Shown here: positions 57,883 to 64,000 of the stretch, piece after piece
Numbering within the stretch: position 1 is the stretch's first letter
How the letters are laid out: every line of letters begins with the position of its first letter
Assembly: GCA_032250835.1 (NCBI GenBank)
Contig: JAVVEA010000003.1
Span: forward strand, 194,265-258,264
Direction of reading: 5' to 3'
Origin: a bacterium
GTDB lineage: Bacteria > SAR324 > XYD2-FULL-50-16
Length of the DNA stretch: 64,000 bases
Position numbers and translations under genes: made by a program
The notes under the pieces: generated by a model
The model's database searches: none
Seen by the model: the letters and a program-made list of their open reading frames with translations, nothing else
Told to the model about the DNA's origin: nothing

Positions 57883-58353
57883 ATGGAAACCAACCAACCG
57901 AAGGTGCAATCTTGTCAGGCCCTGGTTGCCGAGGCCGTTTCGCTCTTTCATGAGCTCAAGAGTTTAACCCAAAAGGTTCATGGTGAAGATGAAGCCACCG
58001 CCGCCCGGCGCGGTGTGATGCGTAGCCTGATGCTCGACGGCCCCCGCACGGTCCCTCAATTGGCCCGAAACCGAAAGGTAACGCGCCAATCGATCCAACA
58101 GGTGGTAAATCAGCTCAAGGAGCGGGGTTTGGTCAGTACTGAAACGAACCAGGACCACCGCCGCTCCCATCTGGTCACCCCGACCCAAGAGGGGAAAGCT
58201 TGGTATGATGACTTGATGACCCGCGAGGCTGAATACCTCTCGGCTTTGAGTTTGCCCCTGGCGACCGAAGAAATTTGGAAGCTCGTCTTTGGCCTCAAGC
58301 GGATGCGAGAATTCTTCGCTGCCCTACCCCCCGGCCAGACCCCTGATCTTTGA
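57883..58353 (+). CDS. MarR-family transcriptional regulator
   Basis: GPRTVPQLAR…VTRQSIQQVVNQL…HRRSHLV winged HTH; GGAGG SD. Confidence 0.9.
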   Translation: METNQPKVQSCQALVAEAVSLFHELKSLTQKVHGEDEATAARRGVMRSLMLDGPRTVPQLARNRKVTRQSIQQVVNQLKERGLVSTETNQDHRRSHLVTPTQEGKAWYDDLMTREAEYLSALSLPLATEEIWKLVFGLKRMREFFAALPPGQTPDL

Positions 58354-58848
58354 CAAGCCGCTTGAATCCGAGGGGTTTGCTTTAAGATAGCCCATGAGTT
58401 TTTTTTGTACCTAGCTGTCAGCGCCGCCGGCACCCAGGCCAGGGCTGACAAAATATCCGCTTGGTACCACGCCGCCGGATTCGCCCCAAGTCACTACCCG
58501 AATCGAACCCTTCGACCCAGCCCCTGCTATCTAGGTGAGTGCTGAGGTGACCTGAGGCCATTGGAATCCCTCCTCTGGGCACGCCTCATGGTTGTCCGTG
58601 GCAGAGTTTATGCCTACTTGATGGGGATTTAAGGTACAAGAGGGTTGCCCAACTGGTCCTTTAAGTTTCTAACCCTAAGGTCTCGGTCTTTGCCGTTTTG
58701 GTCCTCGAAGAGATGATTGATCGGACAAAGACTCACCTGACGGTAGGCCTTCATGGGTTCAAAGGACGAGAAGAAAAAACCAACAAATTTTATTTTTCTT
58801 GACTCCCAGCGACGGTTATTAGAGGATCAAAACGAACATTCATTCTAA

Positions 58849-59433
58849 ATGGTGCCAATGGCAAACATAAAGCCTTTCCAGCGCGAGAAAATATTAGATA
58901 CTGCGCTGATTTTATTTACAAAAAACGGGTATTTTAATACCTCGGTGCAGGACATAAGAAGGGCCGGGGAAGTTTCGATTGGGTCCATCTATCATTATTT
59001 TGATAGCAAAGAAAGGATCGCCGCCCAGCTCTATTACGACCTCCTGGCGGACATGGAGCAGGCCATGGAGCGGATCATGTCGGAGTCATCCGGCGCTCAA
59101 GAGCGCTGCCGGAAGGTGGTCGCCCATTTGTTCCAGCAAGCTGAGGAGAATCCAAAAACTCTACAGTTCATTTTGCAAGGAAGGTTGAGTGATTTTTTAC
59201 CAGACGAAAAGCCAATTTGCTCTTCGAGGCCCTTTGAATTGATGCGGCAAATGGTTGAAGAAGGGGTACGGACCGGGGAAGTCCGAGAAATCGACCGGAT
59301 CGTTGGGGCCGCTGCGGTTTTTGGCGGGGTGCTGCGTATGATCCAATTGCACCTGGACGGGGTTTTACCCAAAGCCTTGCAGGAGTATGAAGAAGAGTGT
59401 TGGCGTTGCGCCTGGTCGGCCATAGCAGCTTGA
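58849..59433 (+). CDS. TetR/AcrR-family regulator
   Basis: ILDTALILF..NGY..TSV.DI…GSIYHYFDSKE. Confidence 0.93.
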   Translation: MVPMANIKPFQREKILDTALILFTKNGYFNTSVQDIRRAGEVSIGSIYHYFDSKERIAAQLYYDLLADMEQAMERIMSESSGAQERCRKVVAHLFQQAEENPKTLQFILQGRLSDFLPDEKPICSSRPFELMRQMVEEGVRTGEVREIDRIVGAAAVFGGVLRMIQLHLDGVLPKALQEYEEECWRCAWSAIAA

Positions 59434-59541
59434 CTCGCAGTTCAATGACTTTTAGCTGTTTCATTCGTTAATTTAACGAATCCACCGGCCTTCGACTATT
59501 GGAGGCCCATTTTCGGTTGGGGAAGACCTACCGAATAAACT

Positions 59542-59559
59542 AAAACGATCATTCGTTTT
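59542..59559. promoter_or_regulatory. Palindromic putative TetR operator upstream of dsrE-tusA
   Basis: AAAACGATCATTCGTTTT; related copy AAAACGAACATTCATTCT at 58829-58846 before tetR. Confidence 0.6.
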
Positions 59560-59573
59560 GAAAAGGAGAACCT

Positions 59574-59990
59574 ATGAAATCCATGGCTATCATCATCCGA
59601 GATGATTCTTACGACAAACTCTTGACCCCCTTGGCTTTTGCTTATCTGGAGGCATCTGGCGGAACCCAAGTGGACATGCTGTTTGTGAACTGGTCCGTTT
59701 TGGCACTCACCGAAAAGGGAGCCAAAGAGATCAAAATCAACGGCCCCCATGCCGATCAAGAGGCTTGGGTGCGATCGCAGACCGAAGCCGCCGGTTTACC
59801 CAGCGACATCAATACCATTTTAAAGGCCCTCAAAGAGACGGGTTGCGTAAACATGTATGCCTGTAGCTTGGCGGCCAAGATCTTTGGCGTCGACGAAGCC
59901 AACTTGATCCCCGAAGCCGAAGAAATCGTAGATGCCTCTTGGTTCCTACACGAAAAAGCAGTGAAAGCAGACCACTATCAGTACTTTTAA
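59574..59990 (+). CDS. DsrE/DsrF-like (DsrE2/peroxiredoxin-like) sulfur-carrier protein
   Basis: VDMLFVNW, MYACSLA, IVDASWFL pattern; adjacent tusA. Confidence 0.8.
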   Translation: MKSMAIIIRDDSYDKLLTPLAFAYLEASGGTQVDMLFVNWSVLALTEKGAKEIKINGPHADQEAWVRSQTEAAGLPSDINTILKALKETGCVNMYACSLAAKIFGVDEANLIPEAEEIVDASWFLHEKAVKADHYQYF

Positions 59991-60003
59991 CTAAAGGAGC
60001 GAG

Positions 60004-60237
60004 ATGAGCAACGACGAGCAAAGAATCTTAGACACCTCCGGTTTGTGCTGCCCCATGCCGGTGGTCAAAACCAATTTGGAAATGAAGAAGATGGTTTCGG
60101 GCGAAAGCGTCAAGATCATCGTCACCGATGTAGGCGCTAAAAAGGACCTACCTTCTTGGTGCGAGCGTACCGGCAATCGATTGGTGAGTATGACTGAGGA
60201 AGATGGCGGCGTGAGCTTTGTGATTGAAAAAGCATAG
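60004..60237 (+). CDS. tusA: TusA-family sulfurtransferase
   Basis: LDTSGLCCPMPVV…TD.G…D…W. Confidence 0.9.
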   Translation: MSNDEQRILDTSGLCCPMPVVKTNLEMKKMVSGESVKIIVTDVGAKKDLPSWCERTGNRLVSMTEEDGGVSFVIEKA

Positions 60238-60282
60238 CCACGGCTTTTAAGCATGTCAGAGAGCCGCCGGTTTCGGGGGCTC

Positions 60283-62193
60283 TTAGAGTATCATCTCGTC
60301 TTCGCGGCTGCTGCGACCACCGGTGCCGCCGCTTTCTTCAAGCTGCTTTTTGTATTCCTTTTCCTTCTCTTCAAACTCAACCATCTTGTTCCAACGCTGC
60401 ACCAGATGTTGCAGATTGTCCTTTTGGTTGAGCGACTTATAAAGGTAAGCCAGGATCATGAAGATGTCCTTGTCTACCTTCATGCGGAAGGCCAGTTCGT
60501 AATTGTGGATCGCTTTGTGGAAGACCTTCTGCTTTAAGAAGGCTTGGCCCTGGACGATATATTCCTGGCGGATCCGTTCCATTTCGCCCTTCTTTTCTTC
60601 TTCTTGGATCTGATCGTATTCGCGTTGTAGCTCTGCCGCACGGGGCTTATTGCGCAATACGCGGTACACCGCTGCGGTCCGTTTGATGGTTTCCGGCGGA
60701 CGCACCACGTTGAGTGCCTTTTCGAATTGGCCCACAGCGGCCTTGTACTTGCCCTCGTCGAAATAGTCTTCGCCTGCTTGGTAGAAGTGGTCGTGGGCCA
60801 TCTGTAGTTCCTGCTGGGCCAACACCGACTTGGGGTTGATCTCTTGGATCTTCTTGAAGGCTTCCACCGCCTCGTCCCACTTATTGCGGCGCAGGTAGAT
60901 ACGGCCAATGTACCAGAGGACTTGGCTGTTCTTTTCTTCTTCGCTCAAAGGCTTAAGAAGCTTGAGCGCCTTTTTGTATTGTTCGGTCTCGAAGTATTCG
61001 ACCGCCGCTTTGAAGATGTCTTCGCGCCGGTAAATTCCGTCCGAACGCTCCAACAACACCCCGCCTACCAAGAAATGTTTGTAGGCCATCAACTTGTTGC
61101 CCTCGATATTGAGCATCACGCCGAGGTTGATGTTGTAATAGCGGTCGTTGGGATCATCGCGGACCATTTGCGTCATTTGATCGATCGGGTCTTCATCAGC
61201 ATAGGGGCTGTCTTCGGGATCGATCGGTGGCGGATCATCGGCCAACAGAGCATCTTTGGGCCGCCTGCGCGGTTGTTGGGCCAATTTGCGCCGGGGCACC
61301 TTGGTCGCATGTTTGGCCAAGATCAGCAACATCTCCATATAGTTGATGTCGTAGTTGGGGTCCTCTTTGATGGAGATGAAGCACTCCAAAGCATAGAGCG
61401 GACGCCCTTGCTCCAAACTGAACAGGCCCATGTTGTAGAGGTAGGTAATGTAAGACTTGCGCGACTCATAGTCGGTGTTGTCTTTGACCTCCAACATTTG
61501 GTTGTTCACATATTCTTTGACGTCTTCAAAGGTCGGCGCCGTCGGGCGTTCTTCGATCGCTTGGATCTCTCGTTGCAGTCGGTGGACTTCAAGCAACTCG
61601 TTGTTGTTGCTTTTCATGTCCATTTCCCGTTGCAACTCCATCACCTGCCGCAAGGCCCTTTCGGCTAAAATATCTGACAGTTCTTTGATCATCTTTTCGA
61701 ACATCTCTGGCTCGCCCATATATTTAGGCAAGACATAGTCCGTTAGATTGGCAAAGGGTTGCAGCGTACTGGTGACCTTGGAATCATATTTTTCTACCCG
61801 TGCTAAGCTAGCCGCAAGGTTAAAAAAGGCGACCTTATAATCCTTTTTGAGCTTAAGGGCGTAACGGTAGAGGTTGTTGGCCTGAAGGTAGCTCTGCTGC
61901 TTGCGCGCGCAGTTGCCCAAGACGGTGGCCATCTTGTAATCTTGAGGGTCGATCTTAAGGAGGATCAATCCGATGGACAAGCAAGCCTCGTAGTTGGCTA
62001 CGGTGCGGTATTGCTTGAACATGGCCTGTAGGTTCTCGTTGGCAAACTCCGGCGCTTCTTGCCAACACTTATTGAACTCGATCATGGCGCGCTTATAAAG
62101 TTTTGTCTTTAAAAGCTTTTTGCCGTTTTCGAGAAGTTCAACAGCCTTGGGCGAGGTCTGTTTTGAGCCTTTCGCTCCCAAAAAATTGAACAT
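60283..62193 (-). CDS. Tetratricopeptide-repeat protein
   Basis: Multiple TPR units (e.g. LWYIGRIYLRRNKWDEAVEAFKK); start refined to ATG 62193. Confidence 0.8.
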   Translation of the reverse strand: MFNFLGAKGSKQTSPKAVELLENGKKLLKTKLYKRAMIEFNKCWQEAPEFANENLQAMFKQYRTVANYEACLSIGLILLKIDPQDYKMATVLGNCARKQQSYLQANNLYRYALKLKKDYKVAFFNLAASLARVEKYDSKVTSTLQPFANLTDYVLPKYMGEPEMFEKMIKELSDILAERALRQVMELQREMDMKSNNNELLEVHRLQREIQAIEERPTAPTFEDVKEYVNNQMLEVKDNTDYESRKSYITYLYNMGLFSLEQGRPLYALECFISIKEDPNYDINYMEMLLILAKHATKVPRRKLAQQPRRRPKDALLADDPPPIDPEDSPYADEDPIDQMTQMVRDDPNDRYYNINLGVMLNIEGNKLMAYKHFLVGGVLLERSDGIYRREDIFKAAVEYFETEQYKKALKLLKPLSEEEKNSQVLWYIGRIYLRRNKWDEAVEAFKKIQEINPKSVLAQQELQMAHDHFYQAGEDYFDEGKYKAAVGQFEKALNVVRPPETIKRTAAVYRVLRNKPRAAELQREYDQIQEEEKKGEMERIRQEYIVQGQAFLKQKVFHKAIHNYELAFRMKVDKDIFMILAYLYKSLNQKDNLQHLVQRWNKMVEFEEKEKEYKKQLEESGGTGGRSSREDEMIL

Positions 62194-62357
62194 TCCGCCT
62201 TGGAACAAAATGCTCTCCCGAAGTGGAGGAATTTGGGTCGGTCTGCAGTATGCGGAACAGTCCCAATACAGGGCGGCTGGACCACGATAGCTGATTTTAG
62301 CGCCTTCTAGGCCCAAAGATCAATGGAAGAATTGGGCCAGAATGGAGCGGGGAGGGT

Positions 62358-62383
62358 AAAAAGAGGGGACAAGAGGTCCCCTC
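62358..62383 (-). terminator. Rho-independent terminator after hisG
   Basis: GAGGGGAC-5nt-GTCCCCTC stem followed by TTTTT on the minus strand. Confidence 0.75.
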
Positions 62384-62394
62384 AAGGGATGTGG

Positions 62395-63267
62395 TTAGAG
62401 AACCACCTTGTTCAGGGGATATTCAACAATGCCCTGAGCGCCTGCTTCTTGGAGCTTCGGGATGATTTCGCGGACCACCGATTCTTCGATCACCGTCTCT
62501 AAAGCGAGCCAGTCCCCGTCGATTAAGTTGGAGACCGTGGGGTTGTTTAAAGAGGGCAGCAAGGCGACCAATTGGTCGAGGTTCGCCCGCTTGCAGTTCA
62601 TCATCAACCCAACCCGAGATTCTGCCGCCAAGACAGACTGCAAAAGCAGTGACAGCTTTTCGATCTTGTTTCGTTTAAAGGGGTCCTTCCAAGCCTCTTT
62701 GTTCGCGATCAAGCGGGTGGTCGAGGTGCAGAGCGTATCGACGATCCGCAGATTGTTCGCCCTTAGTGAAGAACCGGTTTCGGTGATTTCGACGATTGCG
62801 TCGGCCAATTTGGGCGGCTTCACTTCCGTGGCCCCCCAGCTAAATTCCACGTTGGCCGTAACGCCGTGTTCGGCTAGGTACCGTTCGGTCATGCCCACCG
62901 CTTCGGTAGCGATGCGTAAGCCCTGAAGGTCTTTGGGTCCTTGTATTTTTGAGTTCTCGGGAACGGCCAAAACCCAACGCAGCGGCTTGCGGCCCACTTT
63001 GCCGTAGACCAATTCGCAGACTTCGTGCACATCAGCGCCGGATTCGCGTACCCAGTCCCATCCGGTCAACCCGGCGTCTAAAATGCCCTCGCCGACATAG
63101 CGGGCCATTTCCTGCGCTCGGATCAGCAGGCATTCGATTTCTTCGTCGTCAATAGAAGGGTAATAAGAGCGTGAGCTGATATTGATTTGATAGCCCGCTT
63201 TGGCAAACATTGCCTGGGTGCTGTCTTGGAGGCTCCCTTTGGGGATTCCAAGTTGTAAAATTGGCAT
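62395..63267 (-). CDS. hisG: ATP phosphoribosyltransferase (long form)
   Basis: [37 protein letters not shown]-terminal ACT-like domain. Confidence 0.96.
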   Translation of the reverse strand: MPILQLGIPKGSLQDSTQAMFAKAGYQINISSRSYYPSIDDEEIECLLIRAQEMARYVGEGILDAGLTGWDWVRESGADVHEVCELVYGKVGRKPLRWVLAVPENSKIQGPKDLQGLRIATEAVGMTERYLAEHGVTANVEFSWGATEVKPPKLADAIVEITETGSSLRANNLRIVDTLCTSTTRLIANKEAWKDPFKRNKIEKLSLLLQSVLAAESRVGLMMNCKRANLDQLVALLPSLNNPTVSNLIDGDWLALETVIEESVVREIIPKLQEAGAQGIVEYPLNKVVL

Positions 63268-63414
63268 GGATTTCTCCTGTAGACCAAGAGTTCAAAGTAC
63301 GGTTTCCGTAACTTTGCTGTGCCAAGTTCAGGTTGTAAAGGGGGAATTGGAGTTGACCGGGCCCAGGGGGAATTCGCCCTGGGCTGGCAAAGGCCCCTAA
63401 GGGGGCTTAAAGGC

Positions 63415-63543
63415 TTACCACCAGGGGTTAATAGTCCACCAGGGGTTATCAGCCAGAATGATGTTGTAGTAAACAACAAAGTGGAAGGCCGTTGCGTAAG
63501 CGGACCACTTGAGCATTCTATAGGTTACTGCGTCTTCGAACAT
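63415..63543 (-). CDS. Putative 42-aa Trp-rich small protein (MFEDAVTYRMLKWSAYATAFHFVVYYNIILADNPWWTINPWW)
   Basis: Manual translation; strong AGGAGG SD just upstream of ATG; hydrophobic core; below the ORF-track cutoff. Confidence 0.6.
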   Translation of the reverse strand: MFEDAVTYRMLKWSAYATAFHFVVYYNIILADNPWWTINPWW

Positions 63544-63853
63544 GGCTTCCTCCTAATGAAAGTTCTTTGGCGTTTGGTATTAATATATGCAACTTATTGC
63601 ATAAGGTAAAGCAGAATCGGTTTCTGCTTTTCCCATCCTCTCGAGTACAGCTTAACAAGGTCTGCTAAAATCCAAAGTGACATAGTCACCTAGACCCAAA
63701 TATATTTCACGCCCAGATATAATATAGTTAAGAAGCCTCAGGGGCCCTAGTTCGGCCAAATAAACTATTTTTAGATTGGGGTCTTCAAAGGGCCCAAAAA
63801 GCCAGTTCAGCTGGCTGTTTCATCTGGCGATTTGAAAAAAGTTTAACAAGGGC

Positions 63854-63936
63854 TTGACGATCATGCGATCGAGCGGCATGATGATCTTCTCTTCAGCGGG
63901 AAATTAAAAAACGCGCTGGGGGCGTTCATTGACAAC
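63854..63936 (+). promoter_or_regulatory. Probable rRNA-operon promoter and boxA-like antiterminator
   Basis: TTGACG-17bp-CATGAT preceded by an A-rich tract; GTTCATTGACAAC (63924-63936) resembles rrn boxA; no ORF follows. Confidence 0.5.
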
Positions 63937-64000
63937 AGAATAAGGTTGGAAACAAGAAACCGCAAAGTAGCGGAGTCTTAGTTTGGCTGGGCCTTCGGGC

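Noticed and set aside
58490-58520. GGTTCGATTC T-loop-like motif on the minus strand (possible tRNA or att remnant)
   Set aside because: Flanks do not form a T-stem or cloverleaf
60844-61668. 274-aa antisense ORF
   Set aside because: Shadow of the TPR gene
63319-63609. 96-aa plus-strand ORF
   Set aside because: No SD; overlaps the better-supported 42-aa minus-strand ORF and hairpins
1-64000. CRISPR arrays, tRNAs, transposases/integrases, prophage genes
   Set aside because: None recognised by eye in intergenic regions or the ORF track

Overview
Gene-dense, moderately GC-rich bacterial chromosomal window. Gene style suggests a deltaproteobacteria-like/SAR324-type organism (inference only). 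It is mostly housekeeping and envelope genes: partial metF, mgsA, dsbD, yacG, ilvE, pilD, a phosphohexomutase, dxs, cmk, dinB, murF, PBP1A, proB, scpB, lpxL, lptC/lptA-like and hisG. There are also signalling/redox genes (heme-c sensor hybrid kinase, diheme cytochrome c, hemerythrin, NarL/LysR/MarR/TetR regulators, HD-GYP, DsrE-TusA) and transporters (AGCS, TAXI-TRAP, porin). The window ends in what looks like an rRNA-operon promoter/leader. No CRISPR array, tRNA or transposase was seen. Most notable accessory signals: (1) a solitary ~1430-aa STAND/NACHT-like NTPase with a C-terminal PD-(D/E)xK nuclease-like domain (candidate single-gene anti-phage sensor-effector); (2) a ~305-nt highly structured intergenic element with alternative stems and a possible pseudoknot; (3) a PHP + cytoplasmic CpdB-like + Sm/Hfq-like gene trio; (4) an unannotated Trp-rich 42-aa ORF upstream of hisG; (5) an orphan ~650-aa protein paired with a variant HD-GYP; (6) an SF1 helicase in the usual lptB position. 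All calls are from motif recognition by eye; no searches were run.
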